From Chiloscyllium plagiosum (Eukaryota): DNA of 64,000 nt. The number at the start of each line of letters is the position of its first letter. Within the stretch, counting starts at the first letter, position 1. The stretch covers positions 11,972,002 to 12,036,001 of the forward strand of contig NC_057719.1 of assembly GCF_004010195.1 (NCBI RefSeq), read 5' to 3'. Positions 1-14,231 of this stretch are shown in pieces. The notes beneath the pieces are model-generated. The model made no database searches, was not told where the DNA came from, and saw nothing but the letters and a program-made list of their open reading frames with translations. Made by a program: the position numbers and the translations under genes.

Positions 1-59
1 ATTTTAAATCTACGGTAAGTTACAATATTTGAACATTAAATTATTAAAGTTAATCTGTA

Positions 60-700
60 GAGTCCTCACCAATCACCCCACCAGCATCCACTTGCAGAGG
101 ATCATTAGCTACCATTTCTGCCATCACCAGACATATTCCCCTCCCTCCACCTTGTCAGCCTTACACAAGGACCATTCCCTCCAGTACACCCTCGTCCACT
201 CCCCCTTTCACTCCCAACAAACCATAACTCACCCCCCCGCCCCTCAAGATGCAACAACTGCCCGCTTACTTCCTCCCTCCCTCCTCAGTATCCAAAGGCC
301 CAAATACACCTTCCAGGTGAAGCAGCACTACCTGCACTTCACTCAATTTGTTGCTCAATATTTTCTCCTCTACCCTGTGTAAAACTAAGCATAGACTGGA
401 TGACTACTTCACCTAACATATACATTGAGCTTCCAGTTGCCTGTCATTTGAACACACTACCTCGTTTTCCGACCAACATCTGTATCTCAGGCTTGCTGCA
501 GTGCTGTAGCAGAGTTTGGCACAAGCAGGAAGAAGAGCACCTTATTTTCTGCTTGGGAACTCCATAGCCTTCTGGACTCAATTTAAACTTTGAGGTACCT
601 TCTCCCAAGTCTTTACCCCTACACCGGCTGTCATCACATGGACTGCTATCACACACAACCCATCGTTAGCCACTAATAGTCCCCATTAGTAGCTATTCCT
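60..700 (+). mobile_element. Degraded Penelope-like element fragment (GIY-YIG region and 3' part)
   Basis: Similar to 5900-6450 and to the reverse complement of about 60455-60790; frameshifted. Confidence 0.65.
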
Positions 701-785
701 AAAGGCTGGCGTTACGTCTGTCCAACCAAACTGGCAAGTAAACTTCAATATAAAATAACACTTTACACCGTTTAACATAAAACAG

Positions 786-1096
786 GGGCAGCACAGTGGC
801 TCAGAGGTTCGCAATGTTGCCTCAGTGCCATAGACCTGGGTTTGATTACAGCCTCTGGTGACTGTGTGGAGTTTGCACATTCTTCCAGTGTCTGCATGGG
901 TTTCCTCTAGGTTCTCTGGTTTCCTGCCACAGTCCAAACATGTACTGGTTAGGTGAATTTGCCATGCTAAATTGCCCATAGTGACCAGGGACGTGTAGGT
1001 GAGATGCATTAGTCAGGGGAAATATAAAGTAATAAGGTAAGAGAATGGGAATGGGATACTCTATGGAGGGTCAGTGTGGACTTGTTGGGCCAAATG
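786..1096 (+). mobile_element. HE1-like tRNA-derived V-SINE
   Basis: tRNA-like head (ggcagcacagtggctcag...), central gtgtggagtttgcacattct...gggtttcct V-domain and a CR1-like tail; eight copies in the window. Confidence 0.85.
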
Positions 1097-1801
1097 GATA
1101 AATTGGTTAGAAAAACAGGAGGAATGCAGGTGTAAGAGTGGAGTACGTTTCTGAGGAGTAACAAAAGCAGATAAAACTTGTATAGACTACACTTGGAAAT
1201 GACTGCCTTTGTAATACTAAAAAGGATATGGAAGTAATGGAAAAGGTACAAACAAAAATGTTTGCTACCATTATGCCAGAATAAAGAAATCAGTAACCAG
1301 GAAAAATCTGAAAAGCCCAGAATCCTTTATTCTTAGAAAGGCTTTCGCTAGCCTGTTTCTCAACTTTACCAGTCTTAGTTTTGCATGCCAACTTACCTGT
1401 ACACAAAAATGTACCAATTGACCAGTATCTACAGTCATTTTCAGGACAATTTATGGGAAGATTTTGGGACATGAGGGACAGAAGATGGCGGAAGACTTTA
1501 TACTTTGAGATAAAAGGTTTGATTTCACACCTGAACTTCATAGCTCTAAAATTTGATGAAGTCCCTTTGTCTGGATTCCCTACTAGAGAAAATAATTGCC
1601 TTGTGGCAACTCTAATGGAATTTTAAAAATAATTTTTAACTACTGCTTTGATCACTCCTCAATTTAAAAATGATGAGTACACAACATGGAGACTATTACC
1701 TGTAGACAACCATACAAATCTGAGCAGAAATCAAATGTGACAGGCATTATTTTATATTGCTAAATCACATTATAAATAAGATCCACAGAAAGCAATACTC
1801 A

Positions 1802-1945
<144 letters not shown>

Positions 1946-2105
1946 TTAAAAACATACAGAATCCTTTTTAGCATAGAGTGCAAGGGTAAAGTATGTCAGT
2001 CACCTTTTTAAATTTACAATTGAACTTGATAAATTCTCAGCCATCACTCCAACTGAGTTCAGTTGCATTGGTGACTCAGTATAAGCTAAATCCTCCCATC
2101 CAACA

Positions 2106-2436
2106 GGCAGCACAGTGGCTCAGTGATTAGCACTGTTGCCTCACAGCACGAGGGGCCCGGCTTTGATTCCCACCTCGGGCAACTGTCTGTGTGGAGTTTG
2201 CACATTCTCCCTGTGTCTGCGTGGGTTTCCTCCGGGTGCTCTGGTTTCCTCCCACAGTCCAAAAATGTGCAGGTCAGGTGAATTGGCCATGCTAAATTGC
2301 ATAAGTCAGGGGTAAATGTATAGAGTAGGGGAATGGGTCTGGGTGGGTTACTCTTTGGAGGGTCAGTGTGGACCTGTTGGGCTAAAGGGCCCATTTCCAT
2401 ACTGTAGGGAATCTAATCTAAAAAATCTAATCTAAA
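2106..2436 (+). mobile_element. HE1-like V-SINE, full length with (aatct)n tail
   Basis: Same head, V-domain and tail as the other copies. Confidence 0.9.
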
Positions 2437-3489
2437 TAGCATGCATGCTCTCTGGTAAGATACAGATCAGAGCCTGACTTGCAAACAGGCTATACATGAC
2501 ATAAACAGTGGAAAACTGAGGAAATGTGGGAAAGACTGGAGAGGTGAATAGAAAGGAAGATAAGTAAGTAAAAACCAGAACGCATGCTGGCTGTAAAATA
2601 CAATGGCATTGTTACTCTCAAAAGGGCAAAGCAAAGTTGAGCATGACCAAGTATCATACTCTCCAATTAACATATGAAGGCATATATTACACTTTCACTA
2701 AATTGGCTTAAGATGGATAATGATTCAAGCATTTTAGTCTCAAATTGGTTTTCACTTAACCCTTCACAGAAAAACTTTACATCGCAAAATATTGACTACA
2801 CCATGGGGGTTAAACCTTTTCCAGTTCTGAAATTTGCTATTTTATATATATTTTACGTGGATATAATAAATACAAATTTTTTTACTGCCATCATACTCTA
2901 GCTCCACAGTTTGTTCTTTTATAGACATCAGGGAGACCATTGTTTAGGGCTCAAAGTGCAGTGTTACTATGCCCACCTTTGAACCAGGAGGCCAGGGTTC
3001 ATATACCACCTGGTCCAGAAGTGTATAATAATATCTCTGAACAGGCTGATTAGAAAACACTTGGATGGCACCTTTGTTGGCCACCTCCCAGTTAACTTAA
3101 AAGGAAGTTTTCACTCGAGACTCCAGATAGTCATGGGCTCATCACTCCTGTTTTGTCAGTATCCAGGTAAAACAGGCCATGTAAAACAAGCATACTGCAC
3201 AAGCCTCAGGAACAACAAAATCAGGGTTAAAAATCTTTTATCAGGAGTGGATGCTATTGCTTCTGTTGTTTTGTAAGCTACAATAGATGCACAACCTAAA
3301 AGTTAATGTAATTTAATACTAGTTTTAGAGAAATTTACCTAAACACTGCAAGTTATAAAATCTCAAAATTAATTCAATGCTTGGCTGAATCCTGCACACT
3401 GCAACGTGGTTTTGCATAAGCTGCCTCCAGCAACATAAAACCAACTGCAGAACAGAGGTTTAAATAAAAGTTCTTCACAACACAACAGC

Positions 3490-4985
3490 ATGTTACGTAG
3501 GTGGTCATTTGGCCCAGAGTCCTCTCTGCATTACATCACAACTGATCGGATAACCCACAACTCCACTTTCCTATCTTGTCCCCAAGCCCCTCAAATCCCT
3601 TAGCTAATTAGAAATCTCAGCTTCAATATAGTTAAATAACCGTGACAGCTCTGTGGTAAAGAATGCCACAAATTCACTATCAGCCCTAAATTGACAGCCC
3701 ATTCTTGAGACTGTGTTCTCTGGTCCAAGCTTCCCCTCAAATGGAAAACAATACCTCTGCACCTACCCTGTCAAGCCCCCTAAGAAATCTGATGTTTCAG
3801 TAACGCTATCCTTTATTCTTCTGAATTTCAATCAATCAGTATTACTCAACATGCCAGCAAAAATAACCAGTCCTTCCGCACCCAAGATCAATCCCCTGAA
3901 TCTTCTGACTCCCTCTAATGTCAGTACATCTTTCCTTAGATAAGGGGTCCAAAAACTGTAAAAAGACCATTGCAGGTGTGGTATGATAAGAGCCTTGCAT
4001 AGCAGGACCTCCCTACTTTTTATAATCGATTCCCTTTGCTTTTTGTTACCTGAACTTGTAAGCTAGCATCAAATTTATGCACAATTTTCAAAAACCCTCT
4101 GCTGCAGCTTTCTCCATTTTTAGGATATTAAGCTTCTCTATTCAAACTCCCACTATATCACTCACTTTCCTCCAGCAAAATGCAGTAGCCAAGGTTCTAT
4201 TCACTCACTTATCCTGTCTCTGTCTGCAGATCCATTATCTTCCCACCATTTTGTCACCTGAAAACTTGCCAATTGCATTTTTGTTTCTGCTGTCCAAAAT
4301 ATGTATTGTAAAGGGACCCTGATCCTATCAGACTATTACAGGGAGACAACTAGTGGTGATCTAACCAGAGGGTCACCATGTCTCAGGGAATGGGAAGAGA
4401 TTGAGGTAACCTCACCCCAAGCCACTAGTCACATCACAGTCTGAATCAGAGACCAGCCCTGTGGTCCTCTGGAGCTACAGCTACTTTATTATGTATGGTC
4501 ATGAACTTGTGCCCCAGAACTAATCCCTGTGGCACACCACTAATTACACACTGCCATTCTCAAAACTCACCCATTCTCTGGTCTTCAATTGGTCAGCAAA
4601 TCCTCTTCCCATGCTTATATACTTCCACAAGACCAAGGGTTCTTATCATAAAGCCTGATGAGCAATATCTTTTCAAAAGCATTTTGGAAATCTATTACTC
4701 CTATTTTGAATAAGGGTGTTACACTGGCAGCTTTTCAATCCTGTGGGACTGGCCCAGATTTTCATAAGATTACTGCCAATGCACTGTCTATTTTCTGCAG
4801 CTACTTCTATTAATATCCCAATCAGGTCCAGGGGAATTATCAGCCTTTAGATCCATTAGTTTCCCTAGTACCATTATTCTTGCGATAGTTATCACATTTA
4901 TTTCCTCCATAAATTTTGCCCAAATAAAAACTTTTGGAATGCTATCCCTACCCCTTTTGGTGCAAATTATTTATTCATAATCCTC
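3490..4985 (-). mobile_element. Old degraded CR1-type LINE fragments
   Basis: The reverse complement resembles the CR1 RT and 3' segments seen in younger copies; heavily mutated. Confidence 0.55.
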
Positions 4986-5439
4986 CTAACACTACTTTCA
5001 TACAGAATATTGCAACTGGGAGGCTTGGACAAACAAACTCAGAACTTGCTTTGCACCCAAACACATTTCAGTGATCAGAGGAAAGAACTGGTTTTATGTG
5101 AACAAAGAGCTGCACCAATCTTACCACCGTCCAAATGAACCAAGGTAAATCACTACAAATTATGAATTTAGCCTAATTAATTGCGTAGTTCCATATGCAG
5201 CAGTTCGTCTACAAACTGAACAAGACCAGTGCATTAGTAAAATGACTCATTTCTGCTTAATGTGTGAACTGAGTCAGTACAGAGGATGGATTTTTTGTGC
5301 TCATAAGTCCTTACCTGCCAATAGCACATTATCCAACATGAGATTAAGCTTAACACCATGAAGACATGGCAGAAACAAATCTTAGAATCAACCAGGGTCA
5401 AGTTGGGGGGGGGGGGGTGGAAATGCAGATACATTCATC

Positions 5440-6735
5440 CCCATGTTTTGCTCTGCTACATTGATGACTGCATCAGTGCCACCTCGTGCTCCCAGGAGGT
5501 TGAGCAGTTTGTCAAATTCACCAACACATTCTACACCGACCTTAAATTCACCTGGACCATCTCCGACACCTCTCCACGAACTCTCAAATCTCTATCAATG
5601 GTGACTGACTCACTGGTGATTTCTACAAACCTGACTCCCATAGCTACCTGGATTATACCACCTCCCATCCTGCCTCCTGTAAAAATGCTATCCCGTATTC
5701 AGAATTCCTCCACCTCCGCCGCATCTGCTCCCAAGAGGACCAGTTCCACCACAGAACACACCAGATGGCCTCCTTCTTGAAAGGCTGCAATTCCCCACTG
5801 TAATCCCCCCCCCACCCCAAAAGTGGTTGATGCCCTCCAGCACATCTCATCCACTCCCACACCTCCACCCTCAAATACCACACCTCCAACAGCAACAAGG
5901 AGACAACCCGCTAGTCCTCACTTTCCACTCCACCAACCTCCACACACATCGCATCATCTTCAATCATTTCTGCCACCTACAAACGGACCCCAGAGATATA
6001 TTTCTCTCCTCATCCCATCCGCTTTTCATAAAGATTACCTGGTCAGGTCCACGCCCCCAACAACCCACCCTCCCCTGCCACTGCAGGAATTGCAAAACCT
6101 GTGTCCACACCTCTCTCCTCGCCTCCGTCCAAGGCCCCAAAGGAGCCTTCCACATCGATCAAAAATTCACCTGCACTTTCACACTTCATTTACTGTATCC
6201 GTTGCTGCCAATGGGGTCTCCTCTACATTGGGGAGACAGGACACCTGCACCAATCAACGCCATCGTCCCCTGGCCAAACACTTCAACTTCCCCTCCAAGG
6301 ACATGCAGGTCCTGGGCCTCCTCCATCACCACTCCCTTACCACCCAATGCCTGGAGGAAGAATGCCTCATCTTCTGACTGGGACCCTCCAACCCCATGGC
6401 ATCAATGTAGATTTCACCGGTTTCCTCATTTTCCCTCCCCCCACCTTGTCCCAGTTCCAAACTTCTAGCTCAGCACCATCCTCATGACCTGTCCCAACTG
6501 TTCATCTTCCTTCCCACCTATCTGCTCCACCCTCCCCTCCAACCTATCACCTTTACCCCCACCTCCATGTACCTATTGCACTCTCAGCTACCTTCCTCCC
6601 AGCCCCACCTCCCTCCCATTTACCTCTCCACCCCTGAGGCTCCCAGCCTCATTGCCGAAGGGCTTTTGCCAGAAATGTAGATTTTCCTGCTCCTTGGATG
6701 CTGCCTGACCTGCTATGCTTTTCCAGCACCAGACT
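5440..6735 (+). mobile_element. Penelope-like element, family A (Neptune-like), 5'-truncated
   Basis: YIDD RT motif (CYIDDCI), CxxC (CRNCKTC) and GIY-YIG remnant (IYCIRCCQWGLLYIGETG), ending in the family-A terminus with a decayed hammerhead motif. Confidence 0.85.
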
Positions 6736-6770
6736 CTTGCCACTCAATAATTAGCAAGGCAGCCTGTGTG

Positions 6771-6993
6771 AGGAGAAAGTGAGGTCTGCAGATGCTGGAG
6801 ATCAGAGCTGAAAATGTGTTGCTGGAAAAGCGCAGGTCAGGCAGCATCCAGGGAACAGGAGAATCGACGTTTCGGGCATAAGCCCTTCTTCAGGAAACCT
6901 GGATTCCTGAAGGGCTTATGCCCGAAACGTCGGTTCTCCTGTTCCCTGGATGCTGCCTGACCTGCTGCGCTTTTCCAGCAACACATTTTCAGC
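6771..6993. mobile_element. Fold-back PLE family A mini-element inserted at the start of a CR1 fragment
   Basis: About 90-bp inverted arms (6806-6897 vs 6904-6993) plus an extra tail on the left arm; imperfect flanking duplication agcct(at)gtgtg. Confidence 0.85.
6866..6893 (-). ncRNA. Minimal hammerhead ribozyme core (PLE family A)
   Basis: CUGAAGA-A-GGGC uuau GCCC-GAAACGUC: both conserved boxes, stem II, palindromic ACGU in place of helix III, and a GUC cleavage triplet. Confidence 0.75.
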
Positions 6994-7985
6994 CTATGTG
7001 TGAAGCCACAGGAGATGGGGGAAATACTAAACAAGTATTTTACATCAGTGTTTACTGTGGAGAAGGGCTTGGAAGATATCAAATGTGGGGAAATAGATGG
7101 TGATTTTTTAAAAATGTCTGTATTACAGAGGAGGAAGTACTATAGGCCTTAAAACGCATAGAAGTGGATAAATCCTCAGGACCTGATCCTAGAACTCCGT
7201 GGGAAGCTGAGGAAGTGATTGCTGGGCCCCTTGCTGAGGTATTTTTATGATCAATAGTCACAGATGAGGTGCCAGAAGACTGGAGACTGGCTAACATGGT
7301 GCCAATATACAAGAATGGTGGTAAGGAAAAGCCAGGCAACTATAGATCAATGAGCCTGACATCGGTGGTGGGCAAGTTGTTGGAGGGAACCCGGAGAGAC
7401 AGGACGTACATGTATTTGGAAAGGGAAGAATTGATTAGGGATAGTCAACATTGTTTTGTGAGAGGTAATCATATCTCACTAACTTGATTGAGTTTTTTTT
7501 TGAAGAAGTAAAAAAGGATTGAGGTGGTCAGAGTGGTGATCTAGATGGACTTCAGTCAGGCGATTGACAAGATTCCTTATGGTAGACTGGTTGGCAAAGT
7601 TTAATCACGTGGAATACAGGGAGAACCAGCCATTTGGATACAGAACTGGCTCGAAGGTAGAAGACAGAGGGTGATGTTCGAGGATTGCTTTTCAGACTGG
7701 AGGCCGGTGACCAATGGTGTGCCACAAGGATCGGTGCTGGATCCACTGCTGTTCGTCATTTATATAAATGATATGACTGAACATAGGGGGTATAGTTACT
7801 AAGTTTGCAGATGACATCAAAATTGGAGATATAGTGGACAGCGAAGAGGGTTACCTCAGATTACAACAGGATCTGGATCAGATGGGTCAGTGCATTGCGA
7901 AGTGGCAGATGGAGTTTAATTTAGATAAATGTGAGGTGCTGCATTTTGGGAAAGTACATCTTAGCAGGACTTACACACTTAATAT
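6994..7985 (+). mobile_element. CR1/HER1-like LINE ORF2 (RT) fragment
   Basis: PEDWRLANMVPIYKNG...NYRSMSLTSVVGK, VPQGSVL and FADD motifs, with frameshifts. Confidence 0.92.
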
Positions 7986-8269
7986 ATTTAATCCTCTTTT
8001 TAAACAAAAACAAATATCAAAGTAAAATATACAACAGAAAATCAGAAACTAATAGCTAAGGAAAGTTAAAAGTATTAGATCAAAGGAAGAGGCTTACAAA
8101 AACCTCAAGGCTGGAAGGAATTTAAAATTTGGCAAAAGATAAAAACTTTCTAAAGGCAGCATATTTAAGAATTTTATAAAGACAAAGGTGAACTAGACAG
8201 CAATGTAAGAGTTTTTTTCAATTTGTAAAATGGAAGAGATTAGCAGAGACAAAACATGGGTCCAATAGA

Positions 8270-8945
8270 AGCATAGAATCATACAGGACAGAGGCCATTT
8301 GGCCTATCAAATAAGCACTGACAGAAACCACTCACTCAATCTCCTACAGCTCCACTTTCTAGAATTTAAATGTTATTATATTTCAAGTGCCAAAATGCTT
8401 CTTTGGTTGAGGTTTCCTGCCTCAGCTCCCTCCCAGGCAGTGCATCCCAAATTCCCACCACCCTCTGACCAGAAGGCAGAAGTTTAAACCAAGCAGTAAG
8501 TGCCTTAGGTGGTCTGGGAAAATAATTTTTCTACCAGAGCGTGGTAGAAACATGGAACATGCTACGTGAGGGGGTGCGGAAAGCAGGTATTCTAGCAACA
8601 TTTAAAAAGCATCTGGATGAGCACTTAAAATGCCAGGGTATGATAGGTTATGAACCAAGTACAGGTAAACATAATTCGTGGAGGTTGGTACCTGTTGGTC
8701 AACATAGACGTTGCAGGCCAAATGGCCTGTTTGTATACCATATGACTGACTGAATGAAACAAATTTTCCTCAAATCCCTAAATCTGTTGCTGTTCATCTT
8801 AAAAGCCTATCTCTTATCAATGAACATTTAACTAAGGTGAACAGTTGCTGTCCATTTGCTCTGTCCATGCCATTCAATTTTATACACCTCAATCAGGTCC
8901 CTGTTTGATCTTCACTGCTCTAAAGAAAACAGCCCAAGTTTAACC
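8270..8945. mobile_element. Interleaved degraded CR1 3' ends (minus piece interrupted by a plus piece at about 8480-8750)
   Basis: WNML...AGILATFKKHLD is the CR1 ORF2 C-terminus; the flanks match its reverse complement. Confidence 0.6.
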
Positions 8946-9714
8946 AATAGAGACAGAAGAGTTTACAAAGGGGAAATAGTGAAATAACAAAAAAAAGTAC
9001 TTTTTTTCTGTTGTGACGCAAGGCGTTTTAAATCAAAACGATGTATTTTACTAAATCCTGAAAAGGCATTATTTTTAAAAAGGTCAACATCATTTGAACA
9101 GAGACCCAAATATGTTATTCCTAAGTAATGTGATTTCATTCAACTGAGAGGACGCCTGCAGGGTGAATGGATAGTTTTTAAACTTTAACTGCTTGTAATA
9201 AACAGAGCAAACAAATTAAGGCAATTTGTTTAGCTTTAACTTCAGAACCGACGGTTCAAGTTCAGTTCAGATTTTTCTTCCCTTGCAAAAGAACATTTTC
9301 CATTTCAATGCAAGGGAAGAAGTCACCTTAGCAGAAACAGTTGCTAATCTTCCCAACTGGCAGAAATGAGAAAGATTAGGTCTTCACAACGGTCAGAGAT
9401 TCATGCCATCAGCCTCGAAGCAGAGTAGAAAAAATGTCTCAGCAATTCACAGCGAAGAAACTGGAAAGCATCATTTAAGATGGTAAAGCTGAGAGAAGAG
9501 TGGGACTGGTCTGGAACTGGGCATGGGTAAACAGGTTGAAACTTTGTTTCAATGCTTACATGATCTTAATATTAAACATATGACATATCAAGCTACATTT
9601 CGTTCAGAGTTATCAGCTGGGATCATAACAGAAGGAAAATAATTTGCTCGGTAATAAGAGATCCAAAGTTGGACTCAGTCAGAAAGTGGAATAAAATAAT
9701 ATTAGAAAAGACCT

Positions 9715-10880
9715 AAGAAATAGGAGTAGGACATTCATCCCTTCAAGCCTATCCCAACATTTTAAAACGTCATGGCTAAGCTGCACCTGGTGTCAACTCC
9801 ATTAGTGCCAACTCCTCATAACCTTCAACTCCAACACTTCAAAAGTCTTAACCACCTCTTAATACTTCCAATGACCTAATCTGCATTACTCTGGTGGAAA
9901 CTTCCAGACATTCACTACCCTCTGAGTATGCTTTGAGTAAACACCACCTTATTCTGCAACAGTGTCCCTTAGTTTGAGAATCCCCTACTAGCGAAAAAAA
10001 TCAACAGCTACCCTATCAAACCCCCTCAAAAATCTTCTAGGCTTCAAAAGATCCTCTTTGTTTTTCTAATTGCTAGTGAATAAAGGCTTAATTTGTTCAG
10101 CTATTCTTGTTAAGTCACCCCAGAAATCAACTTAGAGAATCCCTTTTGGATGGTCTCTGATGTCAGCACACTTTCTCTCAAATACAGGGGCCAAAAGTAT
10201 ATAAAATTTTCCAGGTGTGGCCTCACCAATACCCTGCACGATCCTAACAAGACTTAGCTATTTTTAACCCCCATACCCCTCACAAGGCCAAGATTCTATT
10301 TGCTTTCTTAATGACTTGCATTTGCATGCTGTGCTCCATTCACAAGAACACCCAGATTCTCTCTGTGCTACACCAACTGACGTCTCTATTTAAATAACAA
10401 TCTTTTTGACCCTTCCAACCAAATTGACGTTACACTTTCCTATATTAAACTCTACTCACCAAGACTTTGCCAAATCACTCAATCTGGAGAACATATTGAA
10501 CAAACTCAGGTGTGACATAATTCGAAGAGAAACTGAGTTAGTGTTGGTATGACCATTCTTCTGAACTGAAGCAGATTCCTGTTGTGAGGCAGTCTAGGAC
10601 CAGACAGCATAATCTCAGAGCAAGAGCTGGCCCATCAAGACTGAGATGGGGAGGATTCTTTTCTCAGTCAGTCATGAATCTGTGGAAATCTTTCCACGTA
10701 GGGCAGTTGAGGTTTGGTCATCAAGTATATTCAAGGTTGAATTGACAGATTTTCAAATCAGTAACGGAATCAAGGGTTATGGAGCAAAGTGCAACTGAGG
10801 ATTATCAGATCCACTACAATCTCACTGAATGGTGAAGCAGAGTCAACACAATGTTCTACTGCTCTGACATTTTACAGTCT
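9715..10880. mobile_element. Old CR1-type 3' fragments (minus about 9715-10480, plus about 10570-10880)
   Basis: Degenerate similarity to CR1 3' segments. Confidence 0.55.
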
Positions 10881-11339
10881 GATGGTTTCCTTAATGCCAC
10901 AGTGTCCAGAGTTGAGACTCCATTTTATCAACTCTCCAGTGAAAATCCCTTAGCAGCTAATATGCAGCAAACATGTTCACTTTGGTTTGAGTATACCTGC
11001 TGTACTACAGCTGTAGCACACTGTGCCCAGTTATCTCTATTCTACTTAATTTGGATATTTTAGAATAAATTTTATAACTGTGCTCTTTGGCCATAACAAC
11101 GTTACATGATTTAAACCACTTGGCCAAGAAACACACGAAAGAACACCAACCAGCTGTTTGCAGTGATATAACACCTGCTCTGACAGGTAGAAACAGGTCA
11201 AAAGGGACTTGTTGTCACTTTTCAAAAACAATTTGCCACCGCTGCTGCTCTTCTCAAACTGGTCCACCCTCCCAATCTGCTTCACAAGGGATACTGGCCT
11301 GCAGCACATAATTCCCAGTCAAAGTAATATTGGTAAAGT

Positions 11340-12590
11340 CAAAGGGGTTGAATTTTGACAAATCCCCAGGTCTTAACGGTCATCCCAGAGCACTTAAAAG
11401 ATGACTACAGACATTGAAATATGAGCAACAATGTAGTAACAAAATTTGACTAATTCTGCAAAGATTGGAAGGTTTTAAGTACGTCACCACTGTTTAAAAG
11501 AAATAGAGGTCGAGAGAGACAGAGAACTCCAGATCTGTTCGCTTTTTCCCTACTGACATCAGCTTATTGCAAGATGTGATTACTGGACAACTAGAAAATA
11601 ATTGAATGGACTGAGTCACTGATTTATGAAGGGGAAACCATGACTGACAAACCTGCTTGAGGATGTTACTAGCAGAGTCAATTAGGAGGAACCAGTAGAA
11701 GTGGTGAATTTGGATTTACTTTTGATGAAGTCCCATACAAGAGAGTAGACTATTCTTATGAAATTAACCCACATGGAATGGAGAATATATATTAGCATGG
11801 ATTGAGGATTTGTTACCTCAAGAAAGCAGTGCAAGAATGAATGGTCCATTCTCAGGTTGGTAGGCTGTGACCAATGGGGTAGTGCAAGGATTAGTAATTA
11901 GATCCCAGTTGTTCTGAACTTTCAATGATTCAGATGTGGAGAAAATTTATATAACAAGTTTGTAGATGACAACTTGGCAGGAATGAGAGTTTTGAGAGGA
12001 AAGCAAAGAGGTTTCAGTGATTTAGACAGCCTGAGTGATTTAGACAAGTTGAGTGGATAACATTTCACTTAACCACATTATATTTGATTTGCCATTTTTT
12101 GCTTAAGTGTGAGGATATCCACCTCGGCAGAAAGGAGTGCTAAATATTTCTTAAATGGAGAGAGATTGGAAAATGTTGATGTCCGAGAGGACCGAGATGT
12201 TCTTCACAATGTGCTGAAAGCCAGCAAGTGCAGCAAGGAATGAAGATAAATGGTATGCTTGCCATTACATCAAAACAGATTCCAGTGCAGGAACAAAGTC
12301 ATGCTTTATTCATTTGAGATTGGTGAGACAACACCTGGAGTATTGTGCGTAGCTCTAGTCCCCTCGGCCAATCAAAAATATATTTGTCAATGGGAGTGCA
12401 GCAAAAGTGCAGACTGAGATACCAGGATAATCCTACAATGAAACTGAGTAGAGGGAGAGAGAAAAAATTGGGGGCCAATGTTCTCTAGAGTTCAGAAGAA
12501 TGAATGATCATCTCAAAATTATACAAAGTTGAAGGGCAATACAGGTTACATACAGAAAGGATGTCTTCCCCAGCTGTAGTGTCTAGAACT
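11340..12590 (+). mobile_element. Old degraded CR1 RT fragment
   Basis: Recognisable remnants of DKSPG, CLTNL, GVxQG, FVDD and HLEYCA motifs. Confidence 0.7.
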
Positions 12591-12735
12591 CTGAAGATTT
12601 TGAAAGATTGTAAATAGGTAAACTAGCAGTACACAAAACCTTGATTAAAGACTTCAGCACAACTTCAAAAGCCCAGCTGCAGACAGAGCTGAGACAAAAC
12701 AGCCAGGGACTAGGACAGGATGTCAGAAATTTAAG

Positions 12736-12962
12736 ACAAAAAAAAAAACAAATTGCAAGGAAAATTCAGATCCGGCAATATCTCTAGACAGAAAGTGGAG
12801 TTAACACCTCAAGCCCAGTGACCCAGAACCCGTTCTGAAGGAGGGTCACTGGGCCTGAAGTGTCAATTCTGCTTTCTCCCCACAGATGCTGCCAGACCTG
12901 CTGAGTTTCCTCAATAATTTCTGTCTTTCTGATTTCTAACATCTGCAGTTCTTTGCCATTAT
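12736..12962. mobile_element. Fold-back PLE family D mini-element
   Basis: Diverged inverted arms around about 12825-12835, a decayed hammerhead-like ctgaaggagggtcactgggcctgaagtgtc, and a flanking 16-bp duplication with 2 mismatches (12720-12735 / 12963-12978). Confidence 0.65.
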
Positions 12963-13316
12963 ATGTTAGATATTTAAGTTACCTTAGACAGGGAGATGGT
13001 TAGAAGTAATTTTTTTTAAAAATTGGGTCATTCAAGTAATAGCAAGGTAACAACAGGGTTAAATTGGTCTTGGTAGAATGTATTATATGAACAAAGTGTA
13101 AAAATGGATTTCCTGTGCAGAGATGGTTGAGATGTTACATGTTGCACGGATAGATGCAATATCTGGAGCATGACCTGCAACGAGCTATTCCCAGGAAATA
13201 ACGGCAATGTTCCTGCACTTTGATGCCACTGTCAAGTCCTTGCGTGTCAAGTCCTAACACTGCTGAACAAAACTATAGCAACTGTCACTATAACAGATAT
13301 CACTTGAAATAGTTTA

Positions 13317-13490
<174 letters not shown>

Positions 13491-13574
13491 TTAGTCTATC
13501 CATCCTGAAGTGAGATTTAGAAAAGACTTAGGCTTGGAACATTTTATTGCTCTATTAATGTCCTAAAAAAGTTT

Positions 13575-13770
13575 AGGGGGATTAAATGGCTTGGCCATGG
13601 TGAAATTCTTAGTATTTGGGGATGTGCAGTCTAGATGGATTAGACAAGATAAATATGGTGTTATTGGCATAGAGTGGTGGGCTGGGCCTGGGTGGGATGC
13701 TCTTCGGAGGGTCGATACAGACTTCATCTGCCAAATTGGCTCTTTCCGCATTGTAAAGGCTCTATGATTA
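13575..13770 (+). mobile_element. HE1-like SINE, 3' half
   Basis: ttggccatggtgaaatt...gggtgggatgctcttcggagggtc tail. Confidence 0.65.
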
Positions 13771-14231
13771 TTGACTGTATCAACTCAATTACAAACAAGA
13801 CATGAACGCATTCAACTTTTTGAACCACTGGTCAGCTAAATGCAGCTGTTAGCCAACTTTCTGCAAAACCCTAAAGCCTTTTCACCACCTTAAGTTTTTC
13901 TGCAGAACAAGGAAAGAAAGTGATAAAGACTTGAACTTTTACATAAGTTTGTTTTTGTTACATTGGGAGAGGCTGAGAGATGGATTCTTGATCAGTAGGG
14001 GATTTGAGGTTTATGGCGAATAAGCGCAGGAATGTGGATGTGAAGAGTGTCCAATCAACCATAATCCTATTGAATGGCAGGGCAGGCTTGAGGGGCTAAC
14101 CAGACTCCTCTTGTTCCTATTTGTTATGGTCCCTCAACAAAATATCATGATAACCAGATAACACACTTAATTCCATTCATCATACACAACGTGGGCATTT
14201 ACTCTCAATAAGCAATACTTATTTTCCATCG

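Noticed and set aside
1..1800. Search for PAPOLA exon 10 (EWPNPVLLK...); a donor-like acttacctg at about 1391
   Set aside because: No PAP-like translation precedes it; the next exon appears to lie outside the window.
6771..6993. Reading the short inverted elements as DNA-transposon MITEs or assembly fold-back artefacts
   Set aside because: The arms are asymmetric, match the 3' ends of RT/GIY-YIG-coding PLE copies in this window, differ from each other by substitutions, and most are bracketed by variable-length TSDs.
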